Positions 18,801 to 26,529 of a stretch of 34,835 bases of DNA are shown here, piece by piece. A program made the translations under genes and the position numbers. Every line of letters starts with the position of its first letter. Position 1 is the stretch's first letter. Source of the stretch: Myxococcota bacterium (lineage in GTDB: Bacteria > Myxococcota_A > SURF-8 > G963663525). Location of the stretch: positions 1 to 34,835 of the forward strand of contig CAXXVK010000020.1 in the NCBI GenBank assembly GCA_963676915.2. The letters run 5' to 3'. The notes below the pieces were generated by a model. The model was given only the letters and a program-made list of their open reading frames with translations, did not search any database and was not told where the DNA came from.

Positions 18801-19588
18801 TTGTTGGTCTGATCGTATTCCAGCACCTTCCTGAATGCGGGCATGGCGTCGTAAACATTGTTATTACCGAAATAGTAATCGCCGATGGCCATGTACGCTT
18901 CGGGAGCGAAATCGCTTTTGGGATATTCCGTCACGAGTTTGCGGAAATAATCGTTACCTTTGGCAGCCTGACCGATTTCCCGAAGGTTCGACCCCATGAA
19001 GAAGTAAGCATCGTCCATCTCGGAATATTGCGGGTACCGATCGATGATGAATTCGCAGACCGTCACGGCTTTACGGTTGTATCGCAGCCAGAGATCGGGG
19101 TCCGGCTCTTTGGGCGGCTCGCCTTCCTGGTTGGCCTTGAACCATTTCTCCATGCGCTTCTGGTGCGCTTCCATCTTATCGATATTGAGGCGCTTGGCTT
19201 TTTCGGAATACAGCTCGGCCAAACGACGCAAGGTCTGGGCGGTCTGATACCGCTTGAGAACGTTGAGCAGCTTGTTGATGGTGATATCGATGCTGCGACC
19301 GACTTTGGAGTCCATCATCGAGACGTCTTCTTCGACCATCAGCAGTTTCAGGTCGATCAACTGATCGTCCTGCTCGCCTTTGAGCAGCTTGTCCATTTCG
19401 TCTTCGCCGCTCTTTTTCTTTTGATCCTCTTTCTTGGTCCGTCGCTTGCGACGTTTCCGCTTCTTCGTGTCCTGAGCGTAGGCCGATTGATGGCTGGCGA
19501 CAATCACCTGGTCCATCACGAACGATCCTGCGCAAAACGCGATAAATACAAGCCAAAAGATAGCAAGTCTGAGCACTCTAGCTGCCAT
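15878..19588 (-). CDS. gltD: GltD/AgmU/NfsD-like large TPR protein
   Basis: 1236 aa with a hydrophobic N-terminus and many TPR/BamD-like repeats (LVTEYPKSDFAPEAYMAIGDYYF, YAKYKLAWCEYN, LKEEALRDLV, AEYSANLILDSLN). Lies upstream of gltE-F-G. Confidence 0.85.
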   Translation of the reverse strand: MAARVLRLAIFWLVFIAFCAGSFVMDQVIVASHQSAYAQDTKKRKRRKRRTKKEDQKKKSGEDEMDKLLKGEQDDQLIDLKLLMVEEDVSMMDSKVGRSIDITINKLLNVLKRYQTAQTLRRLAELYSEKAKRLNIDKMEAHQKRMEKWFKANQEGEPPKEPDPDLWLRYNRKAVTVCEFIIDRYPQYSEMDDAYFFMGSNLREIGQAAKGNDYFRKLVTEYPKSDFAPEAYMAIGDYYFGNNNVYDAMPAFRKVLEYDQTNKLWGYAKYKLAWCEYNLGAYDTSIKNFQEVVEWSDAQGTASNITLKEEALRDLVMAYADQEKKDQKEIVREAEEYFMTVGGKKYFRMMLVRLGDILTNQGKLDGAIMVYRRLIHDYPLHLDNVEFQMRIVEAFSNKGDKENTTKEIINLVEYAKPPEESKWVEANHVKEPDAIHEAWITAERMLIRTVVDYHKEARKINREEVWDRTQELYDIYMQYFSKSDKFYDVSWNYAELLWTRAHNYDRACHRRGGDAAARTASCESMKEYYDRAGKGYMKVAEMDRKGKHFEEASYSAILSLEKLVHEEISDWMNETKKKSRRVDKGYKLKEAHVKKEREKTHVERCEENVAFQEKFKPRKMSDSVTNFVKACDLYIDNIPKSKYKIDIIYKVAIIHYTHNNFDQAVSRFEMITNEYTTHRLAEYSANLILDSLNLKRDWRALYTKVREYLKNRRLTRKAGFRRELRELNEKVTFKKVETTECEALLLTPRTRPAYEKWYQAAQEYQQFTEEFKRSKFREMAMYNAGVHLVAAGRILQAIDQQNLLLKTYPKSVYREDVHYKIGLNYMAMAMFDKAVTQFDEYTKKFPKGKHKDEALYNAAIFHENLGNTAKAIEYKKKYMKSIEDEDQKDKMRFTFGIMWMEQDKVFPAYDAFNAYLKSRKNDITWPKFDKDGNVEKRGQIRGEPNRIFAAHLELLDIYEHPRVKNYKAKEATYQTIYKLGYCDIEEGYALGQEARDAIALTHFRKIEPKLKEFKEIELIVNYNPWEWTSKKIKKWDTKMKDKLTSKVEMANSLKLQYLEILKLKSTKYTLASLYKLGVVFRELSVAIYNSEMPPYFMEFENPDDLYVRYVDSVMERIGKPAEIEAIGFWERCVKTSYKLGVYNKYSMDSLDQLSILVPDVYPPAKEFAPEPGFESDSWYMARFKALKLPDSPDSPALEEVEPEMKEEESEGPEPKPIESAPEAEKTAFNGAQATVW

Positions 19589-19640
19589 AACGTTACCCGT
19601 TCGTCGTTTTGAATTGGGCGGATGAGCGATAGTTAATTAT

Positions 19641-21290
19641 TTATTCGCACTTCTGGTCAACGGTCATCAGGTAATACCCCAACTCGTCGTACCAGTATTC
19701 ACCGTCGAAAGGCCACCATTGGAAGTCGTCCCGGACGGCCGGCGTACGAAGTTTTTCCATTTCTTCGGAGATTTCCCCTACTCCCATGGCGTCCATGTCG
19801 AGTCCCTGGATGTCCCGCTTCTGAGCCTGCTCCATCATGGCGCTCGAAACTTCGACGTCCACGTTCTGCGCGTTACCGATCAGGTTACGCAGCATACGAT
19901 GGGTTTCGGCAAGACCGCGCATCAGGTATTTGCCTGCACGCTTGCGCAAGTTCAACTGCTGACGCTCCATGCGTCGAACCGACGTTTCGTGAAAAGAGGT
20001 CTGGAGAAATTCCTTGGGAGCGTCTTCCAACGTCGCGAATTCCTTATCGAACTGCTGAATGTGCAGATACATTTTCGTGAAGCTGGAGTCGTTCAACAGG
20101 TGCGTAAGAATCTGAATGGACAGGGCCGTGGTCTGCTTGTTGGGATGCTGGTAAGCCTCTTTGTACTGCCAGACCATATCGTCAAAGACGGTTTCGGACG
20201 GCTTGCTTCGCCACTCCGACAAGTAGGCTGCTGCATCTTGTTCCATTGGCTCGAACTTGCTAAAGAACCAATTAAGCTTGCGTTCGGCTTCACGATACCG
20301 GCAAAGCTGGAACCAGGTAATAGCTTCGATAAGGTGCGTTTCAGGAATGAACCGCGTGTCGAAAAACGGCGAGGCCAGCGTCAGGCTGGTACCCAATGAA
20401 ACGTCGAAACGACCGATCAACGTCGCGGCCCAAGTCTTCTGGAACAGGGAGTCGAACCAACGGACGTTCTGACGGCTCACTTTGTCGTAATATTGAATCG
20501 CCGTGTAGAAAATCTGGTCTTTGTCTTCGTCGCCCGCATCGTGACCGGCAGCGTAATACAATTGACCGGTGGCGATTTTGCTCATTTCCTTGACTTTTTG
20601 CGATTCACCGAACTCCACCGCAACTTCGGGAAGTTTTTGAATCATGTCAAAGGTGGTTTTCGCCTTGTCATATTCTTTGCGCTTGATCTCGATGATACCG
20701 CGGAAGTAATTGGCTTTCGCGTAAAACACCGAGTTTTCCTGCACTTGGCTGAACTTGATGTAGGCTTCGTCGATCTGTCCCTGCTGGAAATACATCCGGC
20801 CCAGCAAGTACACCAGCTCGTTCTGGAATTTCTGGGGGAAACTCGTCAACTCTACGGAACTGAGCACCGCGAAGATGACGTCTTCGTCACCGGTTTCGTA
20901 CGTGATCATCAACAAGCGAATCAGTGCCGGTGTGAAGTACTGCGAGTTGTCCGGTCCTTTGAAGAGGATGTCGTTGGACAACAGGTAAGTACAGGGTTTG
21001 TACATTCCAAGGCGATACAGAGACTCGGCGAAATAGAACGTGGCCGTGTCGTGAATCCCACGGAACTGCGGTTCCTGGGTGACCTTGAAGAAACCGATGG
21101 CTGCCGTCCAGTAGTCTTCGTTATTGTACGCCATGATGGAATCCCGCACGACCGGAATCTGCATGACTTCCGGGCTGGGATTGATCGTGTCGTAACGAGC
21201 GAGAAGCTCTTCACGGGTTTCCACTCCGGCGCAACCGGCGAACAGTATCGGCAAAACCCATAGCAACATGTAAGAAAAGTGCTTATTCAT
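19641..21290 (-). CDS. gltC: GltC/NfsC-like TPR protein with a lipobox
   Basis: C-terminal signature WWPFDGEYWYDELGYY..C, internal LASPFF..FIPE motif, TPR helices, and N-terminus ILFAG-C. Alternative start is ATG 21296. Confidence 0.85.
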   Translation of the reverse strand: MNKHFSYMLLWVLPILFAGCAGVETREELLARYDTINPSPEVMQIPVVRDSIMAYNNEDYWTAAIGFFKVTQEPQFRGIHDTATFYFAESLYRLGMYKPCTYLLSNDILFKGPDNSQYFTPALIRLLMITYETGDEDVIFAVLSSVELTSFPQKFQNELVYLLGRMYFQQGQIDEAYIKFSQVQENSVFYAKANYFRGIIEIKRKEYDKAKTTFDMIQKLPEVAVEFGESQKVKEMSKIATGQLYYAAGHDAGDEDKDQIFYTAIQYYDKVSRQNVRWFDSLFQKTWAATLIGRFDVSLGTSLTLASPFFDTRFIPETHLIEAITWFQLCRYREAERKLNWFFSKFEPMEQDAAAYLSEWRSKPSETVFDDMVWQYKEAYQHPNKQTTALSIQILTHLLNDSSFTKMYLHIQQFDKEFATLEDAPKEFLQTSFHETSVRRMERQQLNLRKRAGKYLMRGLAETHRMLRNLIGNAQNVDVEVSSAMMEQAQKRDIQGLDMDAMGVGEISEEMEKLRTPAVRDDFQWWPFDGEYWYDELGYYLMTVDQKCE

Positions 21291-21372
21291 CAGCATTCCC
21301 TATCGTGGTGACCGCCTCCTAAAAGAAAGAGGCGGCGTCCCTTGACGGTTAATCCGGTTTCTAACTTGGCTC

Positions 21373-22245
21373 TCAGTTCGGCGGGAGATGGAAACTCAGA
21401 CCCACCGTTCCAAACAGCACGTTGCGCAGCAGGGTTCCGCCGCGCTTATCACCGCGGACACTCATGTTCCCGACAGTTTGCTCACCCTGGGTGGCGGGAT
21501 CGCGGGTATCATCTTCGGCCAACAGAGCATAGTAGGTGACATCCACACGCAGGGACAACCAACGGTTGAAGTACAGGTTGGTCATCATGCCCACTTCAGG
21601 AGCGGGATGGATGTCGCCATTGTCAAGACCCATCGCCGAGGCACCGGCATAGATGCCGAGGTCATAGTGGGCGATGATGCTGGAAAGCAGCGCGAATTTT
21701 CCGTACATGGGATACCAGACGAAATCGGCGCCGCCCCACCAGGTCAGAGGCGAGTTCTTGACGTTCTCCGGGTCCAGGCCACCTTCTTCGATGGTGTCGA
21801 GCAGGTCTTTATCGAAGCTCTGCACGTACGCACCGGTCGCCTGCACGCCGAACATTTCATGAAAACGGAAGTTGTAACGACCACCCACGGCGAGATTCCA
21901 GGTCAGGCCGTCGAGAGCGTTGATTCCGCTGAACACGTTGACTTCGTGTTTCATGAGTTGCGGGTACAGTTTTTTCTGGACCACTTTCGCTTTCTTTTCG
22001 AGCGGAATGGTCACTTCTTTCCGCTTGGTGCGTTCCTTGGCGGAACTGCCACCCTCCTCCTCTACGGCTTCTTCTTCGCCCATTATACCGGTGAGATCCA
22101 TGGACTCGTCCATTTCCTCGCCGTAGGTTTCATCCGTTTCCGCCGCATAATCCTCGCCGGCCTCTTCCTGGGCAATGGCCGAAAAAGGCAGGAGAATCAG
22201 GAATGTGGCGAATATCCCAATCGTCATCGTTTTTAGACTGTTCAT
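21373..22245 (-). CDS. GltA/GltB (NfsA/B)-like myxobacterial-type outer-membrane beta-barrel protein
   Basis: Signal peptide (..PFSAIA), acidic linker, KVVQKKLY..HE motif, WYPMYGKFALL..HYD motif, terminal GLSFHLP strand. Directly upstream of gltC. I cannot separate GltA from GltB by eye. Start set at ATG 22245 (GAGGG RBS). Confidence 0.8.
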   Translation of the reverse strand: MNSLKTMTIGIFATFLILLPFSAIAQEEAGEDYAAETDETYGEEMDESMDLTGIMGEEEAVEEEGGSSAKERTKRKEVTIPLEKKAKVVQKKLYPQLMKHEVNVFSGINALDGLTWNLAVGGRYNFRFHEMFGVQATGAYVQSFDKDLLDTIEEGGLDPENVKNSPLTWWGGADFVWYPMYGKFALLSSIIAHYDLGIYAGASAMGLDNGDIHPAPEVGMMTNLYFNRWLSLRVDVTYYALLAEDDTRDPATQGEQTVGNMSVRGDKRGGTLLRNVLFGTVGLSFHLPPN

Positions 22246-22643
22246 GACCCTCACTCTGAGAAATAAGGTTGCCGATTCAAGATTCATCAACAATAACTTG
22301 GTCTTCCATATTGGCCCAAGGCTACAGCATTACGCTGTTTGCCAGTATTTCATTTTCCTGTTTGACCCGTACCTTTGCGGGTAAAAGACAGCTTGGCATA
22401 ACATGAAGCGGCAAGCGACGCAAGGTTTTTTTAGAGCGTTAAGTTCGGAGAAATCTCATAAAAATCAGATAAATAGACGTAACGCACATCCTTGAAACCA
22501 CTTGCATTCCTTCATTTTTTCTCTTCGCTCCCCATCGCCTCGCAAGAGCCAATCCAACAGGAAAAGGAAAAAGCGCTTCACACTTAGAAACGCACCCTTG
22601 GGAGTGGACGTGTTTTACCCGATCGAATCATTGAAAAAAAATG

Positions 22644-22671
22644 AAAAACGGGGATTTTCATCCCCGTTTTT
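22644..22671 (-). terminator. Terminator after the 403-aa Cys-rich lipoprotein gene
   Basis: AAAAACGGGGAT-tttc-ATCCCCGTTTTT, followed on the minus strand by further U-runs, 20 nt past the stop at 22692. Confidence 0.75.
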
Positions 22672-22691
22672 ATCGAAAAAGACCGTTTTTG

Positions 22692-23903
22692 TCACTTTGA
22701 TGACGGATATTCACAGGCATTCGAAGAATCCTGGGTTTCCGCATTGCAGATCAGGCTTTCGGGGAAGCATCGTCCGAAAACGTAGGGGTAAGGATCGCCC
22801 CCATCTTCCGGCGTGACCCACTGAGCGCAGGCGTCACCCAACAGCAAGGAATCCTGGCAGACCATCAGCCCATCTTTTCCAACGCGCTTGTCGGTGAAGC
22901 AGCGCCTCGAAAGCGCCGGATTGTCGGGATCGCCCGAGTCTACCTGCTGACAGGCTGCCAAAGCCTTGTCGGGGTCGTCCCGGTTGGCTTCGTCCAGTTC
23001 ACAGCGTTGATTGTAGGAGCAGAGCAGTTCGTTGCACGTCCCGTTCGGACCTGGGCTGATACAAGTTACGCAATCGTAAAATTTTTCGCATTGAATCGAA
23101 TCGGGATCTTCTTCAATAGAAGGAATCACGACCCAGTCGTCACCCTCGCCATCATTGTCGGTATCCACGCATTCGATCGCTTTTTCGGATTTGATCGCTC
23201 CGAAGGCCAGACAGGTTGGATTGCCGGGGTCGATGTTGTCGCAACAATCGATATTGCCCAACGTGCATTCGATGGCTTTGAGAATGCACTCGTTGTCGAT
23301 ACAAGCCATTTTTTCGCCGGTGCAATCCGCATCGACGCAGCATTCGTACTCGTCGGGACAAAGGTTGTCTTTGGGACGACACATCTTCTGATAGCAGACC
23401 TTGTTTTCCTTGTCGTCATCCGTTTCCCAGCACTGATAGTCCGCACAGCATTCCTCGCCGGGCAGACATTCTACCTTTTCGATGCATTCATGCAGCACAC
23501 AGGTCTGGGTCGAAGAACATTCGGAATCGCTGCAACAGACATATTCACAAGGAACGACCAACTCGTCCTGCTCGCTACCGCCACCCTGATCGTCGTCGGT
23601 GTCTCCGTCCGTATTCGGATTAGTACCCGATACACGACCCGCAGGGCCACAGCTATAATTGTCACAGGAACCGTCTACGCACTCGCTGTCTTCCTGACAG
23701 AACCACGGTGCTACATAGCAAGCGCCTTCAAAACATTTCCATTCGGACAAAGCGTCGCATTCGGCGTTTCCCTGACAGCAGTCCTGCGCCACGGTACAAG
23801 AACCGTCCCATTCGAATCCGCCGTCATCGTCTCCGCAACTGAACACGACGATTCCTATGGAAGCAACGAGGCAAGCTATCAAAATCATATGGATTTTCTT
23901 CAT
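22692..23903 (-). CDS. Cysteine-rich acidic lipoprotein, function unknown
   Basis: Lipobox VVFS-C, repeated CC-x-D-x-x-C..C-x4-C modules (CCSDSEC, CCADYQC, CCVDADC), GGGAG RBS. Confidence 0.8.
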   Translation of the reverse strand: MKKIHMILIACLVASIGIVVFSCGDDDGGFEWDGSCTVAQDCCQGNAECDALSEWKCFEGACYVAPWFCQEDSECVDGSCDNYSCGPAGRVSGTNPNTDGDTDDDQGGGSEQDELVVPCEYVCCSDSECSSTQTCVLHECIEKVECLPGEECCADYQCWETDDDKENKVCYQKMCRPKDNLCPDEYECCVDADCTGEKMACIDNECILKAIECTLGNIDCCDNIDPGNPTCLAFGAIKSEKAIECVDTDNDGEGDDWVVIPSIEEDPDSIQCEKFYDCVTCISPGPNGTCNELLCSYNQRCELDEANRDDPDKALAACQQVDSGDPDNPALSRRCFTDKRVGKDGLMVCQDSLLLGDACAQWVTPEDGGDPYPYVFGRCFPESLICNAETQDSSNACEYPSSK

Positions 23904-23957
23904 GATGCTCTCCCAAATCGAAGGGATGCCTATCCCGTTCGTTAAAAAAACCGAAAT

Positions 23958-23986
23958 ATTTTATCATGAGCCGTAGTATCTGGCAA
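23958..23986 (-). promoter_or_regulatory. Putative sigma70 promoter for the 403-aa gene
   Basis: Minus strand TTGCCA-17 nt-TAAAAT with an extended -10 TGn. Confidence 0.55.
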
Positions 23987-24045
23987 ACCCCTTCGGCAGA
24001 AATCGCCGAAAACGCTCGCCTTCTTCAGACCATGAGATATCCTGA

Positions 24046-26529
24046 TTACAGTGTCAACACCAACAGGTTGTCGGTGTCGAGTTCCACGATATACATGCGC
24101 TCTTCGGCCTGATCCAAAATGTACAATCGCGGATGATTTTCATAAAAATCGAGCAATGCGGCATCCACAGGTATGGACCCCACCACGGAATCGTATTCGT
24201 CGTCCGCATCGTATTCGTCGTCGTTCAATCCACCCACGAGGATCTGATTGATTCCGCTTGTGGTACGGAACGAATACTTGAACGTCTCCTGCCTTTTCGT
24301 GAGAATGTCTGTGGATTCGGTATCCTGACAGATCGAGAAGTCCAGCAAATCATTGGAGAAACTCATGGAGTAGGCTTCGTTGTCTTCCCAGGGATTCCGA
24401 CAGCGGATACCTTGCCGGGACTCCTCGGAATTGCTGAGATTCAGCGTAGTACGGAACCGGTACTCGTCGATTTCACCGCCCTGGCCGTCATCCACACTCA
24501 TAATGCAGAGATAGTCCAGCCAGTCATCTCTTTCGAAGCTCAAACGATCCAACTCATCCTCGCCTTGAATCACGTCCGAGGGCACGAAATCCGAGTTGAC
24601 GGCCCGCCCCTGGTACATGCGTTCTCCGATTCGCATGGAATTGCGATCCAGTTCAGTCATGTAAACCACGTAATTGTCATTGGCACGGATCTCGTAAGAC
24701 ACAGCCGTTTTAAAGCATTCCTCAAGGTCGATTCCGTTGGAGTCGAATTCCAGATATTCCGGTGTAATTCCGGTGATTTCAAGCTTTACACGTTGCAGTA
24801 CGCGCACCGCCGGTTCGCCGTTTTCGTCCAGATATTCCTGGGTACAGCCCTGGGAGTCGTTATCGGCGGAAATCGGCGAGGTGGTAATGACGATGCTGTC
24901 CCCGTTGATTCGCTCGTTTCGAGCCTGAAGGGCGGAAACATTGGCGAAATTATTTGAAGTATCGTAAAAACGGCTTTTCTCGACATCGATCACGCCGGAA
25001 TTGCTTTCCTCGGAGTAAGGAACGATTCCGTTGTAATACAATTCCCACAGACCATCGGGGGTTCGATTGCGATAAACTCGAACATCGAGATCGGCCATAC
25101 ACTGACCGTTGTCTTTCTCCAACTCGTCCTCACTGACGATCTGCATCGAAGGCGGCGTGGAGGGTCGGGTATCGAAAAGCTCGTGCATTTCGTCGTGAAC
25201 GTCCACGACCTGCACAAGCCCCCGTTGCCCGATCACGTAAGCGAACAGTTCGGGAGCCACCGCCGATGGAATCGTATCCACACCACCGATTCCCGTGTTG
25301 GGATCGTCCTGAACTTCTTCTTCGGCTTCGACCTCTTCAAGCTCTTCGTCGCCATCCAGTTCGGCTTCTTCTTCCTCGACGTCTTCGTCCCCACCCCCAA
25401 GGTCAGGAAAATCCTTCTGAACTTCGGTAAAGACCACGACCTCGGGAATGCTCTGGACGGCAATGTCGTAATCGAAACTACTCGATGCCGGAGGTTGATT
25501 GCGGTGACTGGGAAGTTCTTCGTTGGTATCTACGTAAGTATCCTGTACGAGATCGTACACCGCCACTCGCGATTTCTCGAACTTGGTGAAATACAAAAAC
25601 CGTCCGTCGGGACTTACCGAAACGGACTGCTGCGGTCCCTGAATATTGCGAACCCGAGGAGGAAGCGTGGGTTGCGCTACATCCAGCATGTAAAAATAAT
25701 CTGAATTCAGATCCGTAATGAACAGAGTCTTTCCATCCGGAGAAAGCACGATGGCGTTCGGCAAAGGATCGGGCGTTACCGTCGTAGCCAGAGAAACGGT
25801 TTCCGCAACCTGCCAGCGCTCCAGGTCGTCGCTGGGCACTTTGTCCACATAGGCCACTTCCCCACGTTCGGGAATCAGCACCGCCACCCGTCCTTCGGGA
25901 GTGGAATCGGAAGGCACGACAACCAACGCACCCGGTCGCCCAGGCAACGTAACCGGCAGAGCCAAGGCAAGGTCCGCGTAGGTATCCACGATGGACAACG
26001 CATCCTCGCCCCCTAAAGACACGAACACGCGGGACTGTTTTTCGTCACGAGATACAGCAAGATCGATGGGGAACTGTCCCACCGGAATATGACTGATCAC
26101 GAAAGGATTGCCCGCCGCGTGGGTGTCGATCACTTCCCGTCGGCACAGGTCCAACTTGGCCACGGAATCCCCGCCGGAATTGGCGATGAAAGCGAAGGCG
26201 CGGTAATCGTAGGTCAGGCATTCCTCGAAAAGCTGCTCATCTTCGTCGGCGTTGCGCAAATATCGATTGAAAAGGTTGATTTCGGTCTGAGTCGGTTCGT
26301 GCTCTAATTTAGCAATGACGATAGCTGTGGGACGGTCCAACGAACTGGCGGTCGTTGTCGAACTTCCATAGGAAGAACATCCGCAAACCCAGGCCAGGCT
26401 TGCCAATAAAACCACCGAAATCCAGGCCAGATCCGTAACGCGGAACCTCGAAAAAGGCCGTAACACGGAAAAAGAGCCGATCCGCGTCGTGCAACGGGTC
26501 GGAATCGATCGAACGTCTTCGTGGATCAA
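24046..26529 (-). CDS. Large acidic lipoprotein with a YVTN/YncE-like beta-propeller plus an unknown C-terminal region
   Basis: Hydrophobic stretch ending WVCG-C, blade motifs IPVGQFPIDLAVS, PNAIVLSPDGKTLFIT, VSVSPDGRFLYF. The TTG start overlaps the upstream TGA by 4 nt. The true start could be further downstream. Confidence 0.75.
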   Translation of the reverse strand: MIHEDVRSIPTRCTTRIGSFSVLRPFSRFRVTDLAWISVVLLASLAWVCGCSSYGSSTTTASSLDRPTAIVIAKLEHEPTQTEINLFNRYLRNADEDEQLFEECLTYDYRAFAFIANSGGDSVAKLDLCRREVIDTHAAGNPFVISHIPVGQFPIDLAVSRDEKQSRVFVSLGGEDALSIVDTYADLALALPVTLPGRPGALVVVPSDSTPEGRVAVLIPERGEVAYVDKVPSDDLERWQVAETVSLATTVTPDPLPNAIVLSPDGKTLFITDLNSDYFYMLDVAQPTLPPRVRNIQGPQQSVSVSPDGRFLYFTKFEKSRVAVYDLVQDTYVDTNEELPSHRNQPPASSSFDYDIAVQSIPEVVVFTEVQKDFPDLGGGDEDVEEEEAELDGDEELEEVEAEEEVQDDPNTGIGGVDTIPSAVAPELFAYVIGQRGLVQVVDVHDEMHELFDTRPSTPPSMQIVSEDELEKDNGQCMADLDVRVYRNRTPDGLWELYYNGIVPYSEESNSGVIDVEKSRFYDTSNNFANVSALQARNERINGDSIVITTSPISADNDSQGCTQEYLDENGEPAVRVLQRVKLEITGITPEYLEFDSNGIDLEECFKTAVSYEIRANDNYVVYMTELDRNSMRIGERMYQGRAVNSDFVPSDVIQGEDELDRLSFERDDWLDYLCIMSVDDGQGGEIDEYRFRTTLNLSNSEESRQGIRCRNPWEDNEAYSMSFSNDLLDFSICQDTESTDILTKRQETFKYSFRTTSGINQILVGGLNDDEYDADDEYDSVVGSIPVDAALLDFYENHPRLYILDQAEERMYIVELDTDNLLVLTL

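Noticed and set aside
15215-19612. Long plus-strand ORFs of 712 aa (15215-17353) and 685 aa (17555-19612)
   Set aside because: They are antisense shadows of gltD/gltE caused by codon bias, with no recognisable motifs. The minus-strand proteins have clear family signatures.
21312-21335. Hairpin CCGCCTC..GAGGCGG between the barrel gene and gltC
   Set aside because: It has a 7-bp stem, a 10-nt loop and no U-tail on the coding strand, which is too weak to call a terminator or attenuator.
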